Source of the DNA: Vampirovibrionales bacterium
Lineage (GTDB): Bacteria > Cyanobacteriota > Vampirovibrionia > Vampirovibrionales > JAJTHC01
Length of the DNA: 64,000 bases
NCBI GenBank assembly: GCA_044348005.1
Contig: JBIKTR010000010.1
Location: 225 to 64,224 of the forward strand
Direction: 5' to 3'
The notes under the pieces are model-generated. The model worked only from the letters and a program-made list of their open reading frames with translations, was not told where the DNA came from and searched no databases. Both the position numbers and the translations under genes were made by a program. The stretch's first letter is position 1; each line of letters opens with the position of its first letter. Below are positions 45,548 to 55,849 of this stretch, piece by piece.

Positions 45548-46622
45548 TTTTACGGTGGCCATGGTCATTCCCACAGGGGTGGGGGCCAGTCAAGGCGGGT
45601 ATGGGGGCGATGCCACCGTGTGGATGAATGCGGTGGCTTCTGTCGTGGATACCCTGCTGACGCATCCGAATGTGGCCAACGCCGCGGCCTTTCAAGCCTT
45701 GCCTCGTAATGCGTTATATGTAGAAGGCTATGGCCTAGATGCCTTTTTTAAAGGGGAATGGGCCTTAAAGCCCGTGCTTGCACAACGGGTTGGCGTGATT
45801 TTAGATGCTGGACTTGAAGCGGGCATGAAGACGCTTCAACATAACGTGATTAACGCCGTGCAAGCCACTTACGGCACTTCAGTGGTGGCCTTGGCTGAAA
45901 GTACGGAACCCCTTCAACTCAGCCTTTCGCTCAACGAATCGGGGATTTCGGTGGGGACTTGGCAGAATCCGCAAGCGGTGCTAGAAGTGGCGAAAACCTT
46001 AATGCACCACCATGGGGTGAGTGCTTTAGCGGTGGTCAGCCGTATGGAAGAACCCGCTGAAAGTGTGTATAACACGGGAACAGGGGTGGACCCGATTGGG
46101 GGCTTAGAAGCGATAGTGTCTCATACGCTGGTGCAGGCCTTGGGGATTCCTGTGGCCAATGCCCCGTGCTTTGACTGGGAGGAGGCTCAACCGCGTCGCA
46201 ACGAGTTGGTGCATCCGTTTACAGCATCTGAATACACGACGGCAAGCTTTTTGCCGTGTGTGTTACAGGGGTTGCATCGGGCGCCTGATTTTGTGCCTGT
46301 GGCGGATGCTTCGGCGTTTAAACACGCGGGTGTGTGCTTCACGTGTGAAGATCTCAATGCGCTGGTGTTGCCGTATGATTGCATGGGGGGCGTGCCGTTT
46401 TTAACGGCCGTTGCACGAGGCCTTCCCGTGATTGCGGTTCGATCGAATCAAACGGTGTTGTCCGTCAGCGCGCAAGCGCTTTTGGGGCAGGACGCGGTGG
46501 CGCAATTGGTGGCCCAGGGCCGTTACTATGAAGTCCACAATTACGATGAGGCGGTGGGTTTGTTACAACGCCTAAAACTCGGCTTACACGCCCCCAACCC
46601 GCGTGGGGTCGCTAGGGTTTAA
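45516..46622 (+). CDS. conserved hypothetical protein (G-rich N-terminal motif IPTGVGASQGGYGGDAT)
   Basis: 368-aa ORF. Start uncertain (internal Mets at 45531, 45534 and 45561). No confident family assignment. Confidence 0.35.
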   Translation: MLSLLMMRRPNFTVAMVIPTGVGASQGGYGGDATVWMNAVASVVDTLLTHPNVANAAAFQALPRNALYVEGYGLDAFFKGEWALKPVLAQRVGVILDAGLEAGMKTLQHNVINAVQATYGTSVVALAESTEPLQLSLSLNESGISVGTWQNPQAVLEVAKTLMHHHGVSALAVVSRMEEPAESVYNTGTGVDPIGGLEAIVSHTLVQALGIPVANAPCFDWEEAQPRRNELVHPFTASEYTTASFLPCVLQGLHRAPDFVPVADASAFKHAGVCFTCEDLNALVLPYDCMGGVPFLTAVARGLPVIAVRSNQTVLSVSAQALLGQDAVAQLVAQGRYYEVHNYDEAVGLLQRLKLGLHAPNPRGVARV

Positions 46623-46639
46623 ATTACTTGGGAGTACTT

Positions 46640-47347
46640 TCATACTAATGTTGTAGGAAGTTTGTCTATTATATTTGAGAACATTTGATTTAAGTCTGTG
46701 TGTGGAAGCAAGTTTTTCACCCCATTTATAATTGTATCAATTAAGTTACCAATGTTCGGTATTCTATCAGCATAAGCGACATACAAAACGGAAATAATAC
46801 TAAGCAAACCTCCTTTACCCGCAGGAGTTTCTAATGCCTTTGCAATGAGAGCAAATATTTGAGGGTCTATTTCTAGTTTTGGAGCTACCGTGTTTATAAA
46901 TGTCTTTGCTACTTTATCTCCAGCTTCCCCTATAGTTTCCAATACAGCACTTTCAGCGTTCCATCCTGCCTTGTCTCGAATCCTAAATGCTTCTTGCACT
47001 TTATTTGTTTGTGGCTTTACCTTAGGCACTGGAGCAGCCTCTGGGACTTCTACGGCGGGGGCTAACGGTGGTGTAATGGATGCGGGCGGGGCTTGCTTAG
47101 ACTCCCCAAACAAAAAGTCATGCACCTTTCCCCACACCTGATGCAACCCCATTAGCCCCACCACGCCCACCCCGACCACAGCAGCCGTTTTAACAGGCGA
47201 AAGCGTCGCACGCGCCTTGGCTTTGTTGCGGGCTTCTTCAGCGTGATGGGTATTGACGGCAGGCCGAAGCACGGGCGCCGACGGCGTAATGGCCGTTCGC
47301 ACCTGACTGTACAAAGAAAGGGGTGGAGTAGTAGGAAAAGACGACAT
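46640..47347 (-). CDS. hypothetical membrane protein (disordered N-terminus plus hydrophobic segment)
   Basis: P/S/T-rich N-terminus, basic stretch, then TAAVVGVGVVGLMGL hydrophobic segment. No motif. Confidence 0.35.
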   Translation of the reverse strand: MSSFPTTPPLSLYSQVRTAITPSAPVLRPAVNTHHAEEARNKAKARATLSPVKTAAVVGVGVVGLMGLHQVWGKVHDFLFGESKQAPPASITPPLAPAVEVPEAAPVPKVKPQTNKVQEAFRIRDKAGWNAESAVLETIGEAGDKVAKTFINTVAPKLEIDPQIFALIAKALETPAGKGGLLSIISVLYVAYADRIPNIGNLIDTIINGVKNLLPHTDLNQMFSNIIDKLPTTLV

Positions 47348-47495
47348 GAAAAAACCCTATAAAATAGTTCCTACTATACTAAAACCACCACACATCTTTT
47401 TTGGAACCTTGACTGATCTCTTTCATGTAACATTTTCAAAATACCATTATAGTTTTTAGACTTTTGAACCGAACTACATAAAAAAAGGAGTCCCA

Positions 47496-48146
47496 ATGCC
47501 TAGATTAACATACCCACACGCCTTGGCTTTTTCCTTAACAGAATTACTTGTTTCCCTTGCTGTACTAGGACTTATAGGTGCCTTTGCCATCCCTAAAGTC
47601 ATACAAGTCACCAATGAAAATAGCTTACGTAGCAACTATAAAACAACCATAAGCGCTCTTCAAAAAGTAGTTTCAAATGGTATGTATAACGCTGATTTTA
47701 ACGAGTTGACCGATTTTAATGTGGCCAACCCCGATAGCGGACTGACCACTTACTTTACGAACCAATTCAACGCCACGCCTTGTGAAGCTGGCAACACCAC
47801 AAACGTAAATTGCCAAATGCAATGGGGGGCGGGTGCCACTGCACCGAGCCTCGTCACAGGGAGTTCGGCTCGGTGGATTTTACCTTCTGGAGCGAGAGTC
47901 TGGATCCCTCAAGCCTTGGGGGCAGACGGCTTACTTCGCTTTAGAATTGATGCACGACTGGAAGGGCCATCGAGCAATGATTCCACCTTGGGTGATTTGC
48001 CAGACTTACTAGAACTGACGTGTAATTTAAACGATGCCACCATCGCGTTTGCCATCCCTATTGCTAACTACCCTTTAAAGCCGGGGGAATGCAAGCCCAG
48101 TGATGCCAACAATCAGGCGATTTATGAAGCTATTTACAATGATTAG
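47496..48146 (+). CDS. type IV pilin-like / pseudopilin-like protein (prepilin-type N-terminal domain)
   Basis: N-terminus MPRLTYPHALAFSLTELLVSLAVLGLIGAFAIP resembles the prepilin cleavage/methylation segment. The residue before the F-x-L-x-E-L core is A rather than G. AAGGAG SD. Confidence 0.5.
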   Translation: MPRLTYPHALAFSLTELLVSLAVLGLIGAFAIPKVIQVTNENSLRSNYKTTISALQKVVSNGMYNADFNELTDFNVANPDSGLTTYFTNQFNATPCEAGNTTNVNCQMQWGAGATAPSLVTGSSARWILPSGARVWIPQALGADGLLRFRIDARLEGPSSNDSTLGDLPDLLELTCNLNDATIAFAIPIANYPLKPGECKPSDANNQAIYEAIYND

Positions 48147-48234
48147 CAGGGTTAATCGTTACAGTGTGGGGGTGTTGTTGCTTTTTGTAGGCCTTTATAG
48201 GATGATAAAACTCTGAAAGCACCACCCGTTTACC

Positions 48235-49461
48235 ATGAAAGCCCACGCCATGACCACACCCCGCCGCGCCTTTATTCTTGTGATTGATGCCCTAGGCGTT
48301 GGCGCCATGCCTGATGCGCCTGACTACCACGACAGCCTTGACGTCAACACGCTTGGGCATATTGATGCCAGCGTCACGCGTCTACAGCTTCCCACGCTAG
48401 AAGCCTTGGGCTTGGGGCATCTTCTGCCCTTAAGGCATGTAAACGCCGTGGAAACCCCCTTGGCAAGCGTCGCCAAGCTCGCAGAACATTCAAAGGGGAA
48501 AGACACCACAACAGGGCATTGGGAAATGGCAGGCATCGTGCTTGAAACGCCGTTTCCAACCTATCCCGACGGCTTTCGGGATGAACTGGTGCACGCGTTT
48601 ATTCAGCAAAGCGGCTGTGGCGATATTTTGGGCAACAAACCCGCCAGTGGCACAAAAATCCTAGAAGAATTGGGCGAAAAACACCTGGAAACGGGCTTTC
48701 CGATTGTGTACACCAGTGCAGACAGCGTGTGGCAAATTGCCTGCCATGTGGAAAAAGTCCCCCTTCAAACGCTTTACCGTTGGTGTGAAATCGCTCGTGA
48801 GATTTTAAGGGGCGACGATGAACTCTCTCGAGTCATTGCACGACCCTTTGAAGGCGAAGTGGGCGCGTTTCGGCGGATTGGTTCGGCTCGGCATGACTAT
48901 GCGGTGGAACCGCCTCGTGAAGGCAATTATTTAGTCGCGGCCCAAGAAGCAGGCGCTCAAGTCATTGGCATCGGCAAGATTCACGATATTTTTTGTGGCG
49001 TGGGCATCACCCATAGTTTGAAAAGTCAAGACAATGCCCACGGTCAAGCCCTGATGCAGGATCTCGTGGAAGGCAAAACCGATTTGTCGGCTTTTGCCTT
49101 GACAACAGCCACTTTTGAGCCGAACGCGCCACAACTGATTTTCAACAACTTGGTGGAAACGGATATGAACTATGGGCACCGTCGAGATGTAGACGGCTAC
49201 GCCCGCGCCCTTGAAGCCATCGATGTTCAGCTCAAGCCTTTTATAGACGCCATGACCCCAGACGACTTGCTCGTGATTACGGGCGATCACGGATGCGACC
49301 CGACTGCTCCGGGGAGTGACCACACTCGAGAGTATGTGCCGTACGTGGCGTACAGCCCTAGCTTAAAAGGCGGTGTGCTTGGCACGCTTGAAGGGTTTCA
49401 CCACGTGGGTAAAGTGTGTTTAGACTGGCTGGGGGTAGAGATCCCAAATGCGGCTCGATAA
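48235..49461 (+). CDS. deoB: phosphopentomutase
   Basis: N-terminal RAFILVIDALGVGAMPDA metal-binding motif and alkaline-phosphatase-like core. ~400 aa. Start may be the internal Met at 48250. Confidence 0.8.
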   Translation: MKAHAMTTPRRAFILVIDALGVGAMPDAPDYHDSLDVNTLGHIDASVTRLQLPTLEALGLGHLLPLRHVNAVETPLASVAKLAEHSKGKDTTTGHWEMAGIVLETPFPTYPDGFRDELVHAFIQQSGCGDILGNKPASGTKILEELGEKHLETGFPIVYTSADSVWQIACHVEKVPLQTLYRWCEIAREILRGDDELSRVIARPFEGEVGAFRRIGSARHDYAVEPPREGNYLVAAQEAGAQVIGIGKIHDIFCGVGITHSLKSQDNAHGQALMQDLVEGKTDLSAFALTTATFEPNAPQLIFNNLVETDMNYGHRRDVDGYARALEAIDVQLKPFIDAMTPDDLLVITGDHGCDPTAPGSDHTREYVPYVAYSPSLKGGVLGTLEGFHHVGKVCLDWLGVEIPNAAR

Positions 49462-49762
49462 GTTTTTGAAAATGACACGGCTCATTAAGCGTCGCACCTT
49501 GGCCAACGAATTGTGTGATATGGGGGGCGTGACTGTAAACGCGAAAGTGGCCAAAGCCGCCACCGCCATTAAAATTGGCGATGATCTTGAACTACGGTTC
49601 GGCAATAAAATCGTCCGCGCACGAGTGCTTGAACTGCCTTTGCGTCCTGCGGGTAATTTGGCCACGGCGTCTCAGTATGTGGATGTGTATCACCAAGAAC
49701 GCCTTGAAACGCCGTTACCATACCCTATGGATGATACCAACGAAGAGGCGAGCGCCTTATGA
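49448..49762 (+). CDS. S4-domain RNA-binding protein (Hsp15/YbcJ-like)
   Basis: MRLDKFLKMTRLIKRRTLANELCDMGGVTVNAKVAKAATAIKIGDDLELRF is S4-like. 104 aa. Confidence 0.65.
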   Translation: MRLDKFLKMTRLIKRRTLANELCDMGGVTVNAKVAKAATAIKIGDDLELRFGNKIVRARVLELPLRPAGNLATASQYVDVYHQERLETPLPYPMDDTNEEASAL

Positions 49763-50208
49763 AGTTCCCCTTCTTCAACGAAGAAGTCCTGCTCAAAAAA
49801 CGAACGCCACCGGCCCTTAAAGTCGCCAAAATGCTGAGTGTGTTGATGGACAGCGCCTTTCGCATTCCCTTCACGAAAAAAACCTTCGGCATCGATGCCT
49901 TGGTCGGCGCGGTTCCCGTACTGGGGGATGCGATTACGTTTTTAATTTCAGGGTATTTGTTGACCTTAGCCGTGTATTATAAAGCCCCTGCGTCGTTGTT
50001 GTTCAAAATGTTGGGCAACATCACGCTGGATTACCTCATTGGTGTGGTGCCTGTTGTAGGGGATGTGTTTGATGTTTTTTTCAAGGCGAACATTCGTAAT
50101 TATGCGTTGTTGTTGACCTTTTTAGAAACGCATCGGGCGGATTTGTTTGTGGAAGGCAAAAGCCCTCCGACGAAAGTGGATCCTTCTCAAGCGGTGGTGG
50201 ATCTATGA
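49759..50208 (+). CDS. small membrane protein (DUF4112-like)
   Basis: Two hydrophobic segments with repeated GDxxD/GDVFD motifs. Overlapping start/stop with flanking genes suggests an operon. Confidence 0.35.
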   Translation: MKFPFFNEEVLLKKRTPPALKVAKMLSVLMDSAFRIPFTKKTFGIDALVGAVPVLGDAITFLISGYLLTLAVYYKAPASLLFKMLGNITLDYLIGVVPVVGDVFDVFFKANIRNYALLLTFLETHRADLFVEGKSPPTKVDPSQAVVDL

Positions 50209-51614
50209 TGAGCCGTTCCTTTCCGTCGAGTGTTAAAAACTTGCCTCCTAGCCCACATGCCTTGGCGTTGCGTCTGATTTATGGCATGGACTTGGACATT
50301 TTCGACAAGGCCGATGACGCCCTCTACGATGCTTTAAGCCACGCTCCCTTTGACCGTTTGACGCCTCAAGAACGGGGACTCGCCACCATGCTCGTCAATG
50401 AAAGCCTGCGGTGGAGTTTGACGCTGAAAAGTCGGCTTAAAACCCTCACTAAGAAACGGTTTAAGGATTTGCAAGCTCCGTTGAGACACCTGCTTTTGCT
50501 GGGCTTGTTGAGCGTTTTGCATCCGCAAGAACGTGAAAAAGAACGTGGCTATAGCCAAGTACAAGCATGGGTCGAACTAGCGAAAGCCTGTAAATTGGCT
50601 CCTGCCCAAGTGGGGATGCTCAATGCCTGTTTGCGTCGAGCGTCTGAAGAGCTGGCTCCTTTGGGCGACGTAGAAGCTAACTTTAAAGGGACAGCCTTTG
50701 AACGCCAAAGCCTCGCCAGCGGATGGCCCACATGGGCGTTGAAGGAACTCCAGCAGGCGACGGATGCTGAAACGGTGGACGCTTACATTCAAGCGTCTCA
50801 CCAAAAACAGCCGATGACGCTGTTTCACACGCAAGCCCGCAGTCAAGCAGAGATGCAACCAGTGCTTCAACACTTGGCTTCACACGGCATTGAAACGCAT
50901 CAACCGTTTTTGCCCGATTTTCCTCAAGCGATCCACCTTGAAGACGCTTTAAAGGGAGGCATCACGACTTTGCCTGCTTGGGACGCTGGGGCGTGGTATG
51001 TGCAAGATTATGGTTCCGCATGGGTGGCGCGTCACGCATGCGACGCGATGAAGGCCTATGAATCGCCTGTTGTGGTGGATTTATGCGCCGCCCCCGGTTC
51101 TAAGACGTGGTGGCTCGCGAAAGCCGTTGAAAACGGTGGTCACGTTCATGCGGTGGATGTTTCCGCCAAACGTTTGGAGCGGTTGACCGAAAATATGACA
51201 CGGCTCAAACTCAACGAACGCGTGAGTGTGCATACCGCCGATGCGACGACGTTTACACTTGCAACACCTGCCGATGTCGTGCTGGTGGATGCGCCTTGTT
51301 CCGCCTTGGGGACGGTGTCGCATCACCCTGATTTGTGGATGAACCGTAGTGAAGCGAGCTTGAAGGAATTCCCCCCCTTGCAGTTGGCGATTTTGTCACA
51401 GGCGGCGTGCTTGTGCCATGAAGCATCCACCTTGATTTACAGTACCTGCACATGGCGAGTGGCGGAAAATCAGCGTGTGATTGAGTCCTTTTTAAACACC
51501 CACACCGATTGGCACTTGGTGGAAGAGCATACCTTGCCGATGACCGCCCTGCACGATGGTTTTTATGTCGCTATGTTGAAGCGCTGTTCGTCTCTTTCGT
51601 CTTTGCATCACTAG
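50205..51614 (+). CDS. rsmB: 16S rRNA m5C methyltransferase RsmB/Sun family
   Basis: SAM-binding motif VVDLCAAPGSKTWWLA. Catalytic region (DAPCSALGTVSHHPD; ...YSTCT). NusB-like N-terminal domain. Confidence 0.7.
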   Translation: MMSRSFPSSVKNLPPSPHALALRLIYGMDLDIFDKADDALYDALSHAPFDRLTPQERGLATMLVNESLRWSLTLKSRLKTLTKKRFKDLQAPLRHLLLLGLLSVLHPQEREKERGYSQVQAWVELAKACKLAPAQVGMLNACLRRASEELAPLGDVEANFKGTAFERQSLASGWPTWALKELQQATDAETVDAYIQASHQKQPMTLFHTQARSQAEMQPVLQHLASHGIETHQPFLPDFPQAIHLEDALKGGITTLPAWDAGAWYVQDYGSAWVARHACDAMKAYESPVVVDLCAAPGSKTWWLAKAVENGGHVHAVDVSAKRLERLTENMTRLKLNERVSVHTADATTFTLATPADVVLVDAPCSALGTVSHHPDLWMNRSEASLKEFPPLQLAILSQAACLCHEASTLIYSTCTWRVAENQRVIESFLNTHTDWHLVEEHTLPMTALHDGFYVAMLKRCSSLSSLHH

Positions 51615-52536
51615 TGGGTTGCAAAGGGGACGTTTGTGGCTTTTGTTGGTTTTGCGCGTCTTGAGCATCCTGAAGTTGGGATTTTTGCAGGCCTGAAATG
51701 GCGTCATCCACGATTTGGGCTTCAAGGCCAAGCATGCCTACGCTGTCTCTTAATCGATTAAGTTCGTTTAAGACTTCGGGGCTGGGGTAGCGGTAGCACC
51801 CCACTTGCATGGCGCGTAACATGGCTTCATGCACCACGGCAGAAGGGTCTCTCAAGATTTTAAGCGCAAAGGCATCGACATACGGCTTAAACTGTGGGCG
51901 TTTTTCTAAATTGGGATTGGCGCTTAAAATAATAAAAAAGTCGTTGGCCGCATCGACGCGTCGCATCCAGTCGGGGTCTTCCAAGCGAAGATTCAACGAA
52001 CGCATGATGCCATCATCAAAGCCCCGCACGTTAGGGGGTAGTTCCACTGGTGTGGGAATGGCGGGAGACGGTGGGGTCGGTTCCGTTGGCGGGGGGGAAG
52101 GGTCTGGATTTTGAGCAGGCGGCGGTGCGCTGACTTCTGAAGAGGCTTCTGACTCTTCGCCAGAAGACGCTGGAGGATCCACCTTTAGATCCGACGGCTT
52201 TGGGGGACTAGGTGGATTCGGGGTGACTAGGGGATTTTCCACTGGATCAGACGCTGGAGGCGTTTCGGGCGAAAGTGGCATGGCGGAAGGGTTCCCTTGG
52301 GGGGGATTTACAGGGGAGGACGCCACTTCGGGGGGGGGGCTTGTCTGCTGTGGTGGAGGGGTCATAGAAGCCCAGCCGTAGCTAGACGGCGGTAAAAATG
52401 TACTCGGTAAGGGTGGAGGGGGAGGGATGTCTAAGGGGGCAATGTCCACCGAAAAGGTGGGTAAATCAAGGGGTTGGCCTTTTGAAACACAAGGCGCGGC
52501 GGGAAGCGAGAAGCGGGCATAGGGGGGAATAGACAT
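51571..52536 (-). CDS. hypothetical Pro-rich protein with C-terminal HEAT-like segment
   Basis: N-terminal 200 aa extremely P/S-rich. C-terminal segment ...PSAVVHEAMLRAMQ... Overlaps the rsmB 3' end by 44 nt on the opposite strand. Confidence 0.35.
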   Translation of the reverse strand: MSIPPYARFSLPAAPCVSKGQPLDLPTFSVDIAPLDIPPPPPLPSTFLPPSSYGWASMTPPPQQTSPPPEVASSPVNPPQGNPSAMPLSPETPPASDPVENPLVTPNPPSPPKPSDLKVDPPASSGEESEASSEVSAPPPAQNPDPSPPPTEPTPPSPAIPTPVELPPNVRGFDDGIMRSLNLRLEDPDWMRRVDAANDFFIILSANPNLEKRPQFKPYVDAFALKILRDPSAVVHEAMLRAMQVGCYRYPSPEVLNELNRLRDSVGMLGLEAQIVDDAISGLQKSQLQDAQDAQNQQKPQTSPLQPTSDAKTKETNSAST

Positions 52537-52710
52537 CAGAACACCTTTACTTGTTATGAAAGCCTAAGACTTTACAGAAGAAGACTATACAAAAGTATAC
52601 ACAATATACCTTTATAAAAGCAGCTCAATATCTTTTTGTGCTACCCTTGTATTATGGCTTATTTGCTATAGAATAACGGTATAGTCAAGCTATTTGAAGG
52701 GAACGCGTCC

Positions 52711-53049
52711 ATGCCTGTTATTCATGTGTCCAACGAAGCGCTTCGTCAATTGATTGAAAACACCCCTAACTTACAACTGGTGGATGTTCGCACGCCTGAA
52801 GAAATCAGCGAACTGGGCTACATTGCTGGTTCCTTGACCCTTCCCGTACAAACCATTGCGGATTGGGCCAGTACGCTTGATGTGACCCGACCCATCGCCT
52901 TTATGTGCCGTGGGGGCGTCAGAAGTCTTTATGCCTGCGATTATATGGAAAACGTCCTACATATGGACACCACCCTTGCCCCGTTGTACAACTTAGAACA
53001 TGGCATGAGCCATTGGGATGCTGAAGTCGTCTACCCCAAACCGTCTTAA
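52711..53049 (+). CDS. single-domain rhodanese (sulfurtransferase)
   Basis: Active-site loop FMCRGGVRSLYA (CRxGxR). 112 aa. Confidence 0.6.
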   Translation: MPVIHVSNEALRQLIENTPNLQLVDVRTPEEISELGYIAGSLTLPVQTIADWASTLDVTRPIAFMCRGGVRSLYACDYMENVLHMDTTLAPLYNLEHGMSHWDAEVVYPKPS

Positions 53050-53111
53050 GCGTTGTTCCCCTTCTTCTAATCGTCTATTCCCTATTTTAAACCCACAAGG
53101 AAACACCCCCC

Positions 53112-54197
53112 ATGATGCTTCAAAAAGAAGACGTCCTTAATGCCCTTAAAACCGTCAACGATCCTGAATTGCATAAGTCTCTCACGGAATTGGGGATGGT
53201 GGACAATATCGTCATCAACGGCAATGACGTGAGCTTTGACATTATTTTAACCACCAAAGCCTGCCCCTTGAAAGAAAAAATCCGTCAAGACGCACAATCC
53301 GCCGTTCAAGCCCTTGAAGGCGTGGGTAAAGTCTACGTGAACATCTCGGGCAAAACCTTGACCCCTCGCTTGCCTGAAAAGCAGGGCATTCCGGGCGTCA
53401 AAAACATTATTGCGATTTCAAGCGGTAAGGGCGGTGTGGGTAAATCCACCGTCAGCGTTAATTTGGCCTGTGCCATGACGCTTGCTGGGGCAAAAGTCGG
53501 CATTTTAGACGCCGATATTTACGGCCCGAACATCCCCATTATGATGGGCGTTGAAGGCCAAAGCCTTAAAGGGGTGGATGAAAACAAAAAAGCTATTTTG
53601 CCTGAAGGCCATGGCGTCAAGGTGATGTCCATTAGCTTTTTGGTCAAACCAGATCAAGCCATGATTTGGCGTGGCCCGATTTTGCATAAGTCTTTGGCGC
53701 AATTTTTTACCGATATGGCGTGGGGTGAGCTGGATTATTTGTTGATTGATCTTCCCCCCGGCACTGGTGATGCTCAGCTTTCTATCAGTCAATTGGCGCC
53801 GATTACGGGCGGTATTATTGTCACCACTCCGCAGGATGTTTCCTTGGCGGATTGTCGTCGAGCCAATAGCATGTTCAAGCAAACGAATATCCCTGTGTTG
53901 GGGGTGGTAGAAAATATGAGCTATTTTGTCAATCGTCATGGCGAACGGGAAAACATTTTCGGCGAAGGTGGTGGCGAAGTCTTTACCAAAGAACTGGGTC
54001 TGGATTTGTTGGCGCAGGTGCCTTTGTTGCCCCAAGTGCGTGAAGATGCTGATGCAGGCATGCCGATTGTGATCTCAAACCCCACGTGTGAAGCGGCTTT
54101 GCAATTAACACAAGCCAGTAATGCGGTAGTGGCAAAGATTTGTGAACTGGCTGTGGCCAGTCATCAAGCCCCACAACCGCCTTTGGCCACTGTTTAG
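53112..54197 (+). CDS. mrp: Fe-S cluster carrier ATPase Mrp/ApbC family
   Basis: DUF59-like N-terminal domain. Deviant Walker A ISSGKGGVGKST. CxxC region. Confidence 0.85.
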   Translation: MMLQKEDVLNALKTVNDPELHKSLTELGMVDNIVINGNDVSFDIILTTKACPLKEKIRQDAQSAVQALEGVGKVYVNISGKTLTPRLPEKQGIPGVKNIIAISSGKGGVGKSTVSVNLACAMTLAGAKVGILDADIYGPNIPIMMGVEGQSLKGVDENKKAILPEGHGVKVMSISFLVKPDQAMIWRGPILHKSLAQFFTDMAWGELDYLLIDLPPGTGDAQLSISQLAPITGGIIVTTPQDVSLADCRRANSMFKQTNIPVLGVVENMSYFVNRHGERENIFGEGGGEVFTKELGLDLLAQVPLLPQVREDADAGMPIVISNPTCEAALQLTQASNAVVAKICELAVASHQAPQPPLATV

Positions 54198-54237
54198 CTG
54201 GAGGCGTTGGCGGGTAGTGTTTTTCGTGATTCAACGG

Positions 54238-54762
54238 ATGGGCTGGGTTGATTTAGAGGCTTTGGTGAATGTCTCCCAACGCACCTTTTTAGAAACCTTT
54301 GGCATGAATTACAATCCTCAAGATCTCAACGATTACATGGAATCTCGGCTTTCTCGTCATGCGTTGGGGACTGAACTTTCAGACCCTGCCAATGTGTTTT
54401 TTAGTGTGTGGGACGAACATTCGGGTGCCTTGGCAGGGTACATCAAAATCATTCCACAATGCCGTAAGTTTTTGGATGATATGGATGAGGGGCAACTTGA
54501 ACCGAAAAGCAGTACCTATTTAGAACGTTTCTATCTGTTGAACTCTTTTCACGGTAAAGGCATTGCCCAACAAGCCATGCAAGCCACACTCGATTGGATT
54601 AAGTCCAACACCCCTAGTGATGCGGTGCATCTCACCGTGTTTTCTGAAAATCCACGAGCCTACACCTTCTATCAACGTGTGGGGTTTAAGCATGTGGGCA
54701 ACACCCTATATATGGTGGGGAATCATCCCGACAAAGAGTTTGTGTATTTGTTAAACCTTTAA
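54238..54762 (+). CDS. GNAT family N-acetyltransferase
   Basis: Acetyl-CoA binding motif region (FHGKGIAQQAMQATLDWI). Start set at an internal Met to avoid overlap with mrp; alternatively 54142. Confidence 0.5.
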   Translation: MGWVDLEALVNVSQRTFLETFGMNYNPQDLNDYMESRLSRHALGTELSDPANVFFSVWDEHSGALAGYIKIIPQCRKFLDDMDEGQLEPKSSTYLERFYLLNSFHGKGIAQQAMQATLDWIKSNTPSDAVHLTVFSENPRAYTFYQRVGFKHVGNTLYMVGNHPDKEFVYLLNL

Positions 54763-54816
54763 AACCTGTTTTGGTGTATAATGAAGTAAATTAAAAGAGA
54801 GAGGAATACATTTCCT

Positions 54817-55617
54817 ATGCACGCCTACCAAAGTTCACAACAACGAAATGCTCTGATTTGTGCCAGTAGCCAAGGCTTGGGCTTGGCGGTGGCGAATCGC
54901 TTGGCGCAAGAGGGGCACAACGTTTTTTTGGTGGCTCGTAATGAAGCACGCTTGGCCAAAGTCAAGCAAGAACTCGAAGAAGCTCATTCTGTTCAGGTGC
55001 ATACCTATGTGTGTGATTTGAACGTCGCAAGCCAACGCACCAAACTACTTGAAGTGCTTTTAGCCCTTTGGCCCGCTGGCCCTGATATCGTTGTTCACAA
55101 TACGGGAGGCCCCCCGCCTTCCACCGTCTTAGACACCGAATACGTCGATTGGACGCAAGGATTTAATAGTCTATTTTTGAGTGTGGTGCAGATCAACCAA
55201 GCCCTTGTTCCGCTTATGGTAGAACGCGGTTGGGGACGCGTGGTTAATGTCACCTCCCTTGCCGCAAAAGAACCCTTGTCACATTTGGCGGTGTCCAATG
55301 CGTTGCGAGCGGGCTTGAGTGCGTATTCTAAAACCTTGGCAAGCGAAGTGGCTGCTTCTGGTGTGATGGTTAATTGTGTGGCCCCCGGTTATATTCAAAC
55401 CGAACGGCTGAAGCATTTATTTCACTTTAGGGCGGAACAAACAGGCACCACGCCTTTGCAGGCCCAACGCCAGATTGAGCAGAACATTCCTGCCCAGCGT
55501 CTTGGTAAGGCCTCTGAATTTGCGCATGTGGTGAGTTTTTTATGTAGCGAAGGCTGTAGCTACATGAGCGGGCAAACGCTTGTCGTCGACGGTGGCTTGC
55601 AAAAGTCGACGTTTTAG
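54817..55617 (+). CDS. short-chain dehydrogenase/reductase (SDR)
   Basis: N-terminal cofactor motif (ICASSQGLGLAVANRLAQEG). YxxxK-type catalytic region. 266 aa. Confidence 0.7.
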   Translation: MHAYQSSQQRNALICASSQGLGLAVANRLAQEGHNVFLVARNEARLAKVKQELEEAHSVQVHTYVCDLNVASQRTKLLEVLLALWPAGPDIVVHNTGGPPPSTVLDTEYVDWTQGFNSLFLSVVQINQALVPLMVERGWGRVVNVTSLAAKEPLSHLAVSNALRAGLSAYSKTLASEVAASGVMVNCVAPGYIQTERLKHLFHFRAEQTGTTPLQAQRQIEQNIPAQRLGKASEFAHVVSFLCSEGCSYMSGQTLVVDGGLQKSTF

Positions 55618-55793
55618 TCTAGTATTTATAGTGTTTTATGAATAAAAAGTGATACTCCAACCGTTGCACAAGCCGACGTCCAAGCACTAAATCCGAGCGG
55701 GTGAGCGAATTGCGAATCCCCGAGCGATTTTGCGGACGTCCGACGTGTAGCAAGTGATGCAAGCGAAAAGGATGAGAAAGGGGGAGGATTTTT

Positions 55794-55849
55794 AAGGAGG
55801 GGGAAAGAGAAGGAGAGCCGCAACAATTTCCTTCTTTTTCCCCCTCCTT
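55794..55849. terminator. long inverted repeat (~20-bp stem, one mismatch) between convergent SDR and serS genes, likely bidirectional terminator
   Basis: AAGGAGGGGGAAAGAGAAGGAG ... TTCCTTCTTTTTCCCCCTCCTT read directly. A second 10-bp hairpin GGAGACCTTTG/CAAAGGTCTC lies at ~55870..55896. Confidence 0.5.
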
